A stretch of 64,000 nt of DNA from positions 62,001-126,000 of the forward strand of contig NIVC01002192.1 in assembly GCA_002269645.1 (NCBI GenBank), written 5' to 3'. Under the pieces are notes generated by a model. That model was not told where the DNA came from, ran no database searches, and saw only the letters and a program-made list of their open reading frames with translations. The stretch's first letter is position 1, and each line of letters begins with the position of its first letter. Of the stretch, positions 11,559-24,815 are shown one piece after another. The stretch comes from Macrostomum lignano. Lineage: Eukaryota. A program made the position numbers and the translations under genes.

Positions 11559-14500
11559 ATGGGCGACAATTCTTCAATGGCATTGGAGGACAGCATTGCC
11601 ACTGGCAACAGCAATGGTCACTTAGCAACAGATGTTGGTGCTGGCACAGAAAATTACAACGAATGGCACGCGGTTGATGCAGCCAAGGGTGAGGACAAGG
11701 AAGCCCGTGTCAGTAAAACTGACGAATGCTTAGCAACCAATGCTGGCAGTGACAACAACATGGACAGTTGCTTGGCAACCAGTGCAGCTAATGACAACAA
11801 CAATGGCAGTTGCTTAGTAACCAGTGCAGCTAATGACAACAACAATGGCAGTTGCTTAGTAACCAGTCCAGCCGACGACAGTAGCAGTGGCAGCTGCTTA
11901 GCAACCAGTTTAGCTAATGACAGCAGTGACAGTTGCTTAGCAACCGGTGTCAGAAAAGCTGATAGTCCCTTAGCAACCAATGACAGCGAAAGTGGAAATT
12001 GTTTGGCCACCAGCGCAGCCGCTGACTGGCCGGTGGACTTTGCCGACTTCTCCGGCCCTCCTAGCGGCTTCGGCCAGCCAGGCGATCAGGTCGCTGCCGA
12101 CGACGACGACCAATGGGCAGATTTTGGTGAAGCCGTTGCCATAGAAACTACCGGTACTGCAGGTAAAACAATTTTCTTAGACTGAGAGAAAGATCGGAAA
12201 CTGTGAATGCCCTAGACTCCATCATTATTAGCATCATCATCACCATCATCAGGATCATCACCATTTTAATCATCATTATCATCACCCTCCCATCATCATA
12301 ATCCTGCTTCATCACTATCATAATCATCATCATCATCACCATCATAATCATCATCATCATCACCATCATAATCATCACCATCATCACCATCATAATCATC
12401 ATCATCATCACCATCATAATCATCATCATCATCACCATCATAATCATCATCATCATCACCATCATAATCATCATCATCATCACCATCATAATCATCACCA
12501 TCATCACTATCATAATCATCACCATCATCACCATCATAATCATTATCATCACCCTCCCATCATCACTATCATCATCATCACCATCACGAAGATTCCCGAA
12601 CTCTTCAGACGCCGGCCTTGAGGACGATGACTTCGACGACTTTGAAGAGTTTCAATCGGCCACGGTGAAGGGCCTGGAGCAGCAGCAGCAGCAGCGACAC
12701 CTCACCCGGATGTGCTCAGACTTGCACGCAGCGCTTGAGAAGCTGCTCAATGATGCACTTGGAGACGCAGATGCCGCTGTGCCGCACTGCCCGGCTGAGG
12801 AGGCCGCGGCCATAGACGAATCCGTGCTGAGCAGCCTGCTGCTGGCTGAGAGCCCCGCCCAGATGGAAGCTGTGAGCGACATCGTGACCCGAGCTGCTCA
12901 CAGGTGAGTCCTGCTGTGTCTCAATTTAATCCCCATGATGCCATGTGTCAGGTTGCTGAGCACTGAGTTTTTTCTTGCTTTGCGAATTGCAGGCAGCAGC
13001 AGCAGGTGTGCCGCTGCACCCACTGGTTAGCGAATTCCTGTGACTGCGCTGGGTTTTCCTTCAATCTGCTTCCATTTTTTGTTAATAATTTTTTTTGAGA
13101 AATGGGATCGCAACATTTTTATCTCTATTTTTGTCTTGTTTTTGGTGCTGTTTGCCCTGCATCGCTCAGTCAGTCAGTCAGTCAGTCAGTCAGTCAGTCA
13201 GTCAGTCAGTCAGTCAGTCAGTCAGTCAGTCAGTCAGTCAGTCACTCGAGTCAGTCACTCGAGTCAGTCAGTCAGTCAGTCAGTCAGTCAGTCAGTCAGT
13301 CAGTCAGTCAGTCAGTCAGTCAGTCAGTCAGTCAGTCAGTCAGTCAGTCAGTCACTCGAGTCAGTCAGCCAGTCAGTCAGTCAGTCAGTCACCCCCGCTA
13401 CTTTCGCCGCCGCCTCCGCAGCCAGCCGGCCACCGCCAACGTGTGGAGCAACCTGCTGGACCTGGACAACTCGCCCGCCGTGAAGTACCAGTGGAGCCAG
13501 TCCCGCTTCTACCAGGACCTGCTCAGCACCATGCGGATCGATCCGAACAATGTGGTCAGTGAGGCTGGGCTGAGATGAAGTAACATGAAATCTATCGCAG
13601 TCGGGGCTGACTACGAGCTTATATATATGGGAATTTATGGCTGTAAGTTTGCGGGAGAATCATGGTGTCAGCAGGGGAGTCAGTAAGGTGTCAGCAGGGG
13701 AGTCAGTAAGGTGTCAGCAGGGGAGTCAGTAAGGTGTCAGCAGGGGAGTCAGTAAGGTGTCAGCAGGGGATCAGTAGGTGTCAGCAGGGGAGTCAGTAAG
13801 GTGTCAGCAGGGGATCAGTAGGGTGTCAGCAGGGGAATCAGTAGGGTGTCAGCAAGGGAATCAGTAGGGTGTCAGCAAGGGAATCAGTAGGGTGTCACCA
13901 GTGGATCCGTAGGATGTCAGCAGGGGAATCAGTAGCAGCAGTGGATCCGTAGGGTGTCAGCAGGGGAATCAGTAGGGTGTCAGCAAGGGAATCAGTAGGG
14001 TGTCAGCAAGGGAATCAGTAGGGTGTCACCAGTGGATCCGTAGGATGTCAGCAGGGGAATCAGTAGCAGCAGTGGATCCGTAGGGAGTCAGCAGGGGAAT
14101 CAGTAGAGTGTCAGTATTGGATCCGTAGGGAGTCAGCAAGGGAATCAGTAGGGTGTCAGCATTGGATCCGTAGGGAGTCAGCAAGGGAATCAGTAGGGTG
14201 TCAGCAGTGGATCCGTAGGGAGTCAGCAAGGGAGTCAGTAGGGTGTCAGCAGGGGATCCGTAGGGTGTCAGCAGGGGAGTCAGTAGGGTGTCAGCAGTGG
14301 ATCCGTAGGGTGTCAGCAGGGGAGTCAGTAGGGTGTCATCAGTGGATCCGTAGGGTGTCAGCAGGGGAGTCAGTAGGGTGTCAGCAGTGGATCCGTAGGG
14401 TGTCAGCAGTGGATCAGTAGGTGTCAGCAGGTGAGTCAGTAGGGTGTCAGCAGGGGATCAGTAAGGAGTCAGTAGGGTGTCAGCATTGCCGCTTGCTGCT

Positions 14501-16348
14501 CCCGCCCACCCGCAGCTGGTCAGCCGCAGGCCGGTGGCGGCCCAGTCCGCGCTCTGCTCCGCCCAAGGAGCTTCGCAGCAGTTTGGCGACTGCGGCAGAT
14601 TCGGCGGCGCCGCAGCGGCCCTGCAGGTGAGAGCAGTAAATTCAAACTCTACCCACATCCGCTACCGATATGTTGTGTAGACTACTTTTTAAAGTGTGTC
14701 GAATGCTCAAGCCAGCTGGCAATCATTCCGCTATCAGTTCACCGGTGACCCCGCACAGGATGAGGAAGCTTCGCCAGTTGACAGCTCGGCGCCCGGAGCG
14801 GCTCTACAGTTTGATTGGGGCTCCAGCGGCCTCACCGACCCCTTTGGCTGTGAGGGCTGGGGTGGGGTTGTGGCGGGATCTGGTGGATCTGCGGTGGTGG
14901 ACTTAATCAACCTCTATCATCCTTAATCATTCATCCTTTATCTGATTCCATTGTTCAGCCTCCTTTACCCATAATCCTTCATCTGCTCCCATTGTTCAGC
15001 CTCCTTCATTATTCATCTGCTCCCATTGTTCAGCCTCCTTCATCATTCATCTGCTCCCATTGTTCAGCCTCCTTCATCATTCATCTGCTCCCATTGTTCA
15101 GCCTCCTTCATTATTCATCTGCTCCCATTGTTCAGCCTCCTTCATCATTCATCTGCTCCCATTGTTCAGCCTCCTTCATCATTCATCTGCTCCCATTGTT
15201 CAGCCTCCTTCATTATTCATCTGCTCCCATTGTTCAGCCTCCTTCATCATTCATCTGCTCCCATTGTTCAGCCTCCTTCATCATTCATCTGCTCCCATTG
15301 TTCAGCCTCCTTCATTATTCATCTGCTCCCATTGTTCAGCCTCCTTCATTATTCATCTGCTCCCATTGTTCAGCCTCCTTCATTATTCATCTGCTCCCGT
15401 TGTTCAGCCTCCTTCATCATTCATCTGCTCCCATTGTTCAGCCTCCTTCATCATTCATCTGCTCCCATTGTTCAGCCTCCTTCATCATTCATCTGCTCCC
15501 ATTGTTCAGCCTCCTTCATCATTCGTCTGATCGCCTTGTTCAGCCTCCTTCCTCTTTCACCCTTCATCTGCTCCCATTGTTCAGCCTCCTTCCTCTTTCA
15601 CCCTTCATCTGCTCCCATTGTTCAGCCTCCTTCCTCTTTCACCCTTCATCTGCTCCCATTGTTCAGCCTCCTTCCTCTTTCACCCTTCATCTGCTCCCAT
15701 TGTTAACTAACGGTTTCATGGATAGCAGCAGCCAGTTTCCAGCGATTTCAAAGTTTTTTATCTCATTAAAATTTTTATTCCGGTGTTGGTCTGTCGCATC
15801 TCAGCAGCTGTCAGTCTCAGTGCTTGTTGATTTCATTTTTAATATTGTTTAATAGAGGCCGCCCAGATTCCTCTGCGCTTCATCCTGTCAGCAGTAGTGC
15901 CTCACTGCCTCCTGCCCCTCTTGCTTCAACTTCGCTTTCAGCCAGCGGCGGCGGCGGCCAGCCCGCATTTCTCGACTTGACCAGCTTTGGCAGCCACGGC
16001 AGCTGCAATCGCAGCGGTTCGCCAGTGGCTGCCGCTGGCATAGGTATTGTTAATGCATTAATTAGTGACAGGCGTATTAGCTCATGCTGCTGGTGCTGAG
16101 GACTCGAATTCACCTGTACTTATCTGTGCTGGCTAAGTATTTATCTCACCTGTCGATAGCCGCCAATCCGTGTTATAAAACTGCCTTCCTCCGGTGCCGC
16201 CTTTCCGCATGCCAAATCAATCTGGTTGGCGGCCCGTTTGACCTCCGCATGGGTTGTGGCTGCGTGTCTGTCTGTCTGTCTGTCTGTCTGTGTGTGTGTC
16301 TGTCTGTGTGTCTGTCTTTCTGTGTGTGTGTGTCTGTGTGTGTGTGTG

Positions 16349-16379
<31 letters not shown>

Positions 16380-16380
16380 G

Positions 16381-16423
<43 letters not shown>

Positions 16424-16520
16424 GTGTCTGTCTGTCTGTGGGTCTGTCGGTCTGTCTGTCTGTCTGTCTGTCTTTCTGTGTGTGTGTCTGTCTGTCTGTG
16501 TGTCTGTCTGTCTTTCTGTG

Positions 16521-16559
<39 letters not shown>

Positions 16560-16580
16560 GTGTCTGTCTGTCTTTCTGTG

Positions 16581-16617
<37 letters not shown>

Positions 16618-16688
16618 TTCTGTCTGTCTGTCTGTCTGTCTGTCTTTCTGTCTGTCTGTGTGTGTGTCTGTCTGTCTGTGTGTCTGTG

Positions 16689-16727
<39 letters not shown>

Positions 16728-16894
16728 GTCTGTGTGTCTGTCTGTCTGTCTGTGTGTTTGTCTGTCTGTCTGTCTTTCTGTGTGTCTGTCTGTCTGTCTG
16801 TCTGTGTGTCTGTCTGTCTGTCTGCGTGTGTGTCTGTCTGTCTGTGTGTCTGTCTGTCTGTCTGTCTTTCTGTGTGTCTGTCTGTCTTTCTGTG

Positions 16895-16949
<55 letters not shown>

Positions 16950-17396
16950 GTGTGTGTCTGTCTGTCTTTGTGTCTGTCTGTCTTTCTGTCTGTCTGTCTG
17001 TCTGTCTGCTGATGAGTCATATTTGTCCTTGGCCAGCCCAACTCGGCCTATTCAATCAGCTCTATAATCTCAAATTTCCATCCCGAATTGCCCATTTGCC
17101 CTCGAATTTTACTCCACTTACAGAGCTTACAGGAGGCGGGCTTGGATCGAACTGATCAATTTGCAGTAGTTGCTGGTCTAGGCCAGTCTCCAGACTCCAC
17201 CACATCGTTAATCTCCCGCAGCCCCATCAGCAGCAGCGGCCGCAGCCTCCCAGCCTTTCGACGGCCCGGCCGACCTCGGCGGCGCTGGCGACCGCCGGCC
17301 CGCCACCCCCCGGTGACGCTGCGGGCGCGCGGCCTCCTGGCCCGCCTGCCCAAGGCGCTGCGCCCGCTCTCACCTGCGCCAGGACCGCGCCACTGA
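11559..17396 (+). CDS. AFTPH: Aftiphilin-like clathrin/AP-1 accessory protein, multi-exon. Clear exons: 11559-12162, 12609-12903, ~13390-13554, ~14516-14625, ~14759-14848. Later exons (~15856-16045, ~17167-17396) uncertain
   Basis: Adaptor-binding-type motifs WADF and [47 protein letters not shown] and [12 protein letters not shown] resemble aftiphilin conserved blocks as I recall them. GT-AG sites checked by eye for the first exons. Confidence 0.75.
12215..12585. repeat. (CAT)n-type microsatellite in aftiphilin intron
   Basis: Direct periodicity. Confidence 0.95.
13146..13390. repeat. (TCAG)n microsatellite ending at the next exon
   Basis: Direct periodicity. Confidence 0.95.
13665..14483. 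repeat. ~21-23-bp intronic minisatellite (GTGTCAGCAGGGGAATCAGTAGG)
   Basis: Direct periodicity. Confidence 0.9.
14945..15700. repeat. 34-bp intronic minisatellite (TTCATCTGCTCCCATTGTTCAGCCTCCTTCATCA)
   Basis: Direct periodicity. Confidence 0.9.
16262..17008. repeat. (TCTG)n/(TG)n compound microsatellite
   Basis: Direct periodicity. Confidence 0.95.
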
Positions 17397-20318
17397 ATCT
17401 CTGCTGGGGCTGCTGGGACTGCGTGTAGCCCCCTGCCACTGTGATTTTATTGACCCTGCATCTCCCACTGACTGACCCTGCATCCCCCCACTGACTGACC
17501 CTGCATCCCCCCACTGACTGACCCTGCATCCCCCCACTGACTGACCCTACATCCCCACTGACTGACCCTACATCCCTTACTGGCTGACCCTGCATCCCTG
17601 CATAAGTAAAAGTGTCAATGTGCTGCGATGATTCGTTACCCATGTGAATTCGAAGTCATTTTAATCGTTTAAATTGCTACTGTCAGTAGCATTTGCTGTT
17701 TTTTTGCTTTTTTTTACGTTTAGTAAGGATTGTCCATTTTGCTTATCTCTCTCTCTGTTGCCTGTTGGATTTCCTTGAAAGTGTCCAGAAGACTTATCCT
17801 CAGCTATCTTCACTTGAAGTCAAGTGTTTTACGAATGAAGTTTCATTTTTTTACTTTCAAACCAATATCAGTTTATTTTTTAGCGCAATATCCGCGCGCA
17901 CTACTCATATCTGTCAGTAAGCGAATCGCTGTGTCCAGCGAATCTGCAGCCTGTCCAATTAATTGCAATGCTAATCCTGTGCAGCCCTCACCTGTCTGTC
18001 CCACCTGACTGTGATTCCCGCATCCTGCCTGCTCAGCTGCCGGATTAAATGTTTCTCAAACAGCAACTACATGTAGACCGCCCGCAGAGTTTGCACAGCT
18101 GCTCCTCGCGTTCGCAGATGTTTTCTGAATAAAATACAATCCACTGCCCGCTGAGGCCTCATTATCAGCTGTTGTCTCACCAGCTTTGGCTTGCTTTTTG
18201 GCAATACTAAAAATATACACTAGTTTCTTTTTTCAGTTCATTTCAGCACAACGGCAGGTAATGAAATAAATGAGACGGGAGAAATGGCAGTTTTCCCGCT
18301 AATGCGGTACATTGCGTTTTGACAAAAGATTTGACGCTCATGGTTCCTACTAATATGCAGTTTATTAGTAGGAATCGCTTACTATGCGATTTCAGACTAC
18401 TGAAAGTAGAAATATCAGCATTTTATTTATATTCTGTAGACAGGGGAATTAAATGCAAGCGGGGCTCGAACTGTTCAGGGACGATTTCAAGAGGACGGGG
18501 AATCGGTTGGGGCAGTTGCTGCTCAACGACACATCACTGGCATTCACCGCGTGCCTTATTTGGCTGCAGCCTGGGCTGGGGTGGCCTCCGTCATCTCCGC
18601 TCTCTGCAAGCCAGCTTCCAGCCTCCACCAAGCTCGCCTGTTCTGCCACTACCGCGGCGCCCCTCAGCTCGGCGGCTGCCCGGCTTCCCCTCACTCGGAG
18701 TGGAGCCGGCCGCCACCGCAGGGCACCGTCGGGGTGGAGAAGCTGGCGGCTCTGGCTGGGAAGCTGGGCAAGAGTTGCAAAGGGAATTTCGGCAGGCCAC
18801 CCCTGGCCAGCAAGCCGCTGCGCATGGCGGAATAAGACCTGCAGTGGATACCAAAGTTGCGCCTACGGATGGGGAGTGCGCGGCCGTACGGCCTGGGCTC
18901 TCGGGTTACCAATTTGCTTGTGCTGAACTCACCTGGTCCTCGGCAGAGAGCCGCAATCGGCTTGGACGATCGATTCCTCAGCTGAGGGCAATGGCGGATG
19001 AGGAACTCCGGCTGGCCGCTGCTCCCACACGGGACGGGGAGCTGTTGGAGCGAGCCGGGCTGTGCAGAGGAGGTCTGGAGAGGCCTGTCTCTGCCCGGGG
19101 CAGCGCATTTTATAGCCTTCCGTGGCACCGCCACCCCCGCCCTGCCGAACCCCCAGAGCCCGCCCGGGCCGCCGCCATAGGCCCGGGGGAGAAGGAAGCC
19201 CCTCTCCCCTCTTGCTCGAGTCCCCACATTCTCCCCCCCCCCCCAGACTGCAGCCTCATCCGGAGGGGCCGCGGGCCAGCTCTGTCTGCCCTGCTTCGTG
19301 CTAGGCCTAGTAGGAGTTGTGGCGTGTCCTCTGCTTTCCTCCTTCTTTCCTCCTATCCAGCAAGCAAGAGAGGCGTTTCGTAAGCGACAGAGTCTTTCAC
19401 AAGCTCGAAATTTCACAATTTGACAAGTTGCTTGCTTGTCAATTCCGCCAGCTCACAGTTTGAACTATAATTTGATGATATGAAATTGAAATTTCCCAAA
19501 GCTTTTGTTGGCGGTTGCTGCTGCTTGCAATGGGCAGCTCACGGCCTGAGTTCGCAATAGCCTGACTCCTCTTGTTTACAAGTACAAACTGATGGGGCGC
19601 AGCATGCCCGGTTGTTCTTGGAATCTGCGCTGCCCCGACCGGCCCAGACGGGCACGTTGCGCCCCTCCGGCAGATGTTTTCCATTTTTGGGAAATTTCTC
19701 CCCTTCAAGAGCTTCCCCATCAGCTGCATGGCGCACTGCGTTCTGCAGGCCATTTTTGGACCATTAATAATTTTCATTTATTGTGACCGCCCTCAGCAGC
19801 GTGCGGCGCCCCGGGTCCCGGGGCCCCGAAGACTTGACTTGCGACCCCCCTCAGTTTATTGCTCTGTCCGCACGATAGAAAGGAGCTGCAGGCGTTTCCT
19901 GGTCAGCGAGCTTTGCTGCTTCCAGGGCCCTGCTGTGGCCCCGAATCCAGCCAGCAACTGCAGTTTCTCATGCGGCTTCGTTTCCGCATCTGTCCTGTGT
20001 GTGCAGCCCGCCTGTCCCTGTGTGCAGCCCGCCTGTCCCTGTGTGTGCAGCCCTCCTGTCCCTGTGTGCAGCCCTCCTGTCCCTGTGTGTGCAGCCCGCC
20101 TGTCCCTGTGTGCAGCCCGCCTGTTTCTGAGTGTGCAGCCCAGCTGTGTGTGTTAGGGGCTCTGTGGCAGTGTGCCTGTCTTGTCTGTATCCATTAATGT
20201 CTGTCTGTCTTAACGTATGTCTCCCGTAGTTCGTAGATATAGTTTGTGTCTACATGTCTGTCAGCCTGCCTTAGCGTCTGTCTAGGCGCCAATCTATCTT
20301 TGTGCCTGTCTGTCTGCC

Positions 20319-20929
20319 CATAGGCGTAGGAACGGGGGGCAGTGGGGCCATGCCCCCCCACTTTTTAAAATCGGGAGGCCAGTAATATATAGCCCCTCCA
20401 CATTTTAAATGTAAAATGTAGACTTCTTGCTTATTTTTGGTTTTTGCTGCTTTGCATGAATGCATTTTGCTGCAGGGAGACAAAACATAGCGCCTGCAGC
20501 GCCAAAATGAGTGCCTGCGGCGCTAAAATGAGTGCCTGCGGCGCTAAAATGAGTGCCTGCGGAGCTAAAATGAGTGCCTGAGGCGCTAAAATGAGTGCCT
20601 GCGGCGCTAAAATGAGTGCCTGCGGAGCTAAAATGAGTGCCTGCGGCGCTAAAATGAGTGCCTGCGGCGCTAAAATGAGTGCCTGCAGCGCCAAAATGAG
20701 TGCCTGCGGAGCTAAAATGAGTGCCTGCGGAGCTAAAATGAGTGCCTGCGGCGCTAAAATGAGTGCCTGCGGCGCTAAAATGAGTGCCTGCGGCGCTAAA
20801 ATGAGTGCCTGCGGCGCTTTATAAAATGATTGCTGACAAGATGGATTCTGAAAATAATCGGTACATGATAATGTGTCGAACTCGACGGGGCTGCCCCCCC
20901 CCACTTTTTGAAACGCTCCTACGCCTATG
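20319..20929. mobile_element. Non-autonomous hAT-type element with an internal 21-bp array (GCCTGCGGCGCTAAAATGAGT)
   Basis: 13-bp TIR CATAGGCGTAGGA / TCCTACGCCTATG and a perfect 8-bp TSD TGTCTGCC (20311-20318 and 20930-20937). An 8-bp TSD is typical of hAT. Confidence 0.85.
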
Positions 20930-21984
20930 TGTCTGCCCCCTATCTTAGTGTGTGCCTGCCCAGCCGGGTCCCAAATCCGGGCCCCACAGCAGGCACAGTG
21001 GGAACTGAACCAAGTGAAAATTTCCCGCAGACCATGCAGAGCCGGCCGTAGGCGCTAATGGCCGGCCAATGTCCGATGAGCGCAAAGCTGCTCTGTGGGT
21101 GGCGGCTCAACCCGAGGCACTCAGAGGCAATTTTCGTATTCCCCGTCAAAGGAGTTGCGCAAGCGTTTCCACTCCACTGACGCCAGCCGGCCTCCTAAGG
21201 CTGTGACGCAAGGTCGGGCGCTCCAAGGGGGGTCTTGGCGGAGGCCTTGCGCAATGCCGCACCCGCCCTGAGGCTTCTAAGCTGGGCTGTCATCGCACTG
21301 CTGTTCCAATTTCCCCACCAAGATTCTTCATCATCTCTTTCCTTCTCGCTGCCCCGGATAGGGGAGGTCTTTGTCCTCTGCGGCCTCGCTGGGACGAAGA
21401 GATTTTCGGGGGAAAGTAGATTTTTTAGGGAGATTTTTCCCCCAGCCGGCCAGGGCTTCGAACAGGATAGCGGCAGGTGGCGGCTGAGGCCAGTAATTAC
21501 GGCTGTCCCGCACCTGGCGGCCCCGCTCAACCTGCGCCCACCGGGGCTTCCGCTCCCCCCCCCTTAGCATCATCTGCCTACCCGATCGCAGTCTCCGAGC
21601 CGCACCGGTGAGTCACAGACCGCCTGTGCTTTGCTTCATCTCGACATGTCGCTTTTTGCCAACCGCTAAGAGTCACAGCCAGCTTCCCCCTGCCTTGGAT
21701 ACCGCGAGTGGGACTCGAGTGAGAGCCGGGCTTGAGATCCCCTTCTCCTGTTTACCTCAGCGCCATCCTCCACTCCTTTCTCTTGCTTAATTTTTTCCGA
21801 ATTCCAAGAATTGCCGTCTCGCGATTGAAGACAAAACACAGACGATTTGGCCGGAAATGCCCCTTCCCTCTCTCGCGACAATTTTGCCTCTCAGGCTGCA
21901 GTTTCGAATATGCGGGCGCCCCCACGGCCTGCTGTTGCCAAAATTGAAAGAAGGGGGAAGGCTGGAGGAAGACGCGGCCATCTG

Positions 21985-22345
21985 AGATGGGCCTCAGTGC
22001 CAGCCTCAGTGCCAGCCTGAGTGCCAGCCTGAGTGCCAGCCTCAGTGCCAGCCTCAGTGCCAGCCTGAGTGCCAGCCTGAGTGCCAGCCTGAGTGCCAGC
22101 CTCAGTGCCAGCCTCAGTGCCAGCCTGAGTGCCAGCCTCAGTGCCAGTCTCAGTGCCAGCCTCAGTGCCAGCCTCAGTGCCAGCCTCAGTGACAGCCTCA
22201 GTGACAGCCTCAGTGCCAGCCTCAGTGCCAGCCTCAGTGCCAGCCTCAGTGCCAGCCTCAGTGCCAGCCTCAGTGCCAGCCTCAGTGCCAGCCTCAGTGC
22301 CAGCCTCAGTGCCAGCCTCAATGCCAGACTCAATGCCAGACTCAA
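21985..22345. repeat. 12-bp tandem repeat (CTCAGTGCCAGC)
   Basis: Direct periodicity. Confidence 0.95.
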
Positions 22346-23211
22346 TGCCGGCCTCAGCTTCGCCGGCCTCCCTGCCTGCCCTGTGCACAGGGCATCGCGA
22401 GAAGGCCCTGCCGGGGAGAAGAGAGTTTAGCTTGGCTGAGTTGCCGCCCGCCTCTCGTCTCCTCTGCTCAAGTTGAGCCGAGCGAGGCTGAAGGTGAAGC
22501 CCTGATTGACGGCAGCTGTGCGCAGGGCTTCGTGCGGGTTGCGAGAGGGAAGAAAAAGGGAGGGCGGCGGTCTCAGCTCCCCGCAGCCTTCCAGCAGACT
22601 GCAAACTCCTTTCTCCACCGAGTTGATGCAGAGGCTCTGCGCAACTCGGTGAGGCTGGAGTGAATATGTCGGGAAAAAGGTAGATTTCACTGGGAACCCG
22701 TTCGACTAGGGACTTGCGTGTGCTTCTGTGTGGGTCTTCGATCCCCCCTTGTCTCCCCTTAGTCCCTCTACCGACCCTCTATCTCCCACTAGCTACCGAC
22801 CCCACCTGCCCCCTCTATCTCCCACTAGCTACCGACCCCACCTGCCCCCTCTATCTCCCACTAGCTACCGACCCCACTTGCCCCCTCTATCTCCCACTAG
22901 CTACCGACCCCACCTGCCCCCTCTATCTCCCACTAGCTACCGACCCCACCTGCCCCTCTATCTCCCACTAGCTACCGACCCCACCTGCCCCCTCTATCTC
23001 CCACTAGCTACCGACCCCACCTGCCCCCTCTATCTCCCACTAGCTACCGACCCCACCTGCCCCCTCTATCTCCCACTAGCTACCGACCCCACTCGCCCCC
23101 TCTATCTCCCACTAGCTACCGACCCCACCTGCCCCCTCTATCTCCCACTAGAGCCTCTACTTACCCCTGCACCTGCCCGGGTATCTCCCATTAGCCTGTA
23201 CTGACCCCACT

Positions 23212-24815
23212 TAGGGGTGTCGGAACAGTGGGGTGGGGGTGGGGGCACAGGGGGGCTGAAGCCCCTCTCCACTTTTTTGCATGATCCTCCAAGTGCCCTT
23301 TTTGAATTTCAAGCAAGTGTCGGCCAGTTTTTGGCTTTGGCTTTACTGAGTCTTGGAAGCTGAGGCTACCAGCTGATATAAAAGTTCATGTTGTTCTCAA
23401 TCCCATACCACACCAGAGTTTTTCTACTGTGCCTAAGCCTAGTGCTTTAGTGCAAGGATCAGCAAACTTTTTACCCCAAGGGCCGGATTGAGAACAGCGC
23501 ATGGCTGCCCTTCTGGGTCCGCTTCGCTGGGCCCCATGAGCGAAATGCGCGCCCAGGAGTCCCTGATGACTGCGGGCTATAGGGAGAGAGGATAGGGAAT
23601 AGAGAAGAGAAATACTAGCGCAGGAGAAAGGAGAGGCGAAGGAATAAAGGAGAAGAGAGATAAAATAGGAGAGGAGAGAGGAGAGGGGCGATGAATGAGG
23701 AGAGGAGAATTGAAATATATGAGAGAGGAGAGAAAGACATGAGTGAGGAGGGAAGGGAGAAGAGAATGGAGAGGAAACAGGAGATGAGAGAAGAGGAGAG
23801 AGGAGAGGAGAGGAAAGGAGAGGGAGGAGAGGAGAGGAGAGGAGAGGAGAGGAGAGGAGAGGAGAGGAGAGGAGAGGAGAGGAGAGGAGAGACAGGAGAG
23901 GAGAGGAGACGAGAGGAGAGGAGACGAGAGGAGAGGAGACGAGAGGAGAGGAGAGGAGAGGAGAGGAGAGGAGAGGAGAGGAGAGGAGAGGAAACAGGAG
24001 ATGAGAGAAGAGGAGAGGAGAGGAGAGGAGAGGAGAGGAGAGGAGAGGAGAGGAGAGGAGAGACAGGAGAGGACAGGAGAGAGGTGAGGAGAGGAGAGGA
24101 GAGGACTGAAGAATTAAGAAGAGAGAGGTGAGAGAAGAGAGAGGTGAGAGAAGAGAGAGGTGAGAGAAGAGAGAGGTGAGAGAAGAGAGAGGTGAGAGAA
24201 GAGAGAGGTGAGAGAAGAGAGAGGTGAGAGAAGAGAGAGGTGAGAGAAGAGAGAGGTGAGAGAAGAGAGAGGTGAGAGAAGAGAGAGGTGAGAGAAGAGA
24301 AGAGAAGAGACACAAACATCAAGCGGGTCGGATTGCTATTGCGAAGATTCAAAGGACCCAAGGGCCGGATAGAGAGGCTTTGCGGGCCACATTTGGCCCT
24401 CAGGCCGGAGTTTGCCCACCCCTGTTTTAGTAGCTCGTAAAAGCACTAAAAAGCCGTCAGATAAAAGAATAAAGAGACAGCGCCAAGAGGAACTGAAGGA
24501 GGCAGCCAAGAGATCCAGAAAATTACTGGTCTTGCCCTGGCAATTTTCATTCATTTGAGATATTTACGCTCGTACTAAATAAATTGATAGTGCAGTGGAC
24601 GGTGGTTGCGTAATTTTTTAATTAATTGAAAATTCGAACATTTTTCTGAAGTTGGCCACTTTCAACACAGAATTGAATATTGGCCTGGTTGTCACAATGT
24701 CACAAAGTGACATAACAGCCGGAGTTTGTGTGCCCTTAGATTAAAAAAATCATGTGCAATGTGCCTTCCCACCAATAGCCCCCCCCCCACTTTGAAACAT
24801 GTTCCGACACCGCTG
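23212..24815. mobile_element. Non-autonomous hAT-type element
   Basis: TIR TAGGGGTGTCGGAAC / GTTCCGACACCGCTG; 8-bp TSD ACCCCACT / ACCCCACC (7/8 match). Confidence 0.7.
23453..24424. mobile_element. Nested hAT-Charlie-like non-autonomous element with a (GGAGA)n/(GAGAGAAGAGAGAGGT)n core
   Basis: Termini CAAGGATCAGCAAAC / GTTTGCCCACCCCTG (Charlie-type CAGGGGT..GCAAAC); TSD CTTTAGTG / TTTTAGTA (6/8 match). Confidence 0.65.

Noticed and set aside
16084-17155. 250-330-aa CLSV/TDRQ ORFs
   Set aside because: Microsatellite translations.
18319-19416. 354-aa (+) and 241-aa (-) ORFs
   Set aside because: No recognisable domain, GC-driven composition and open on both strands.
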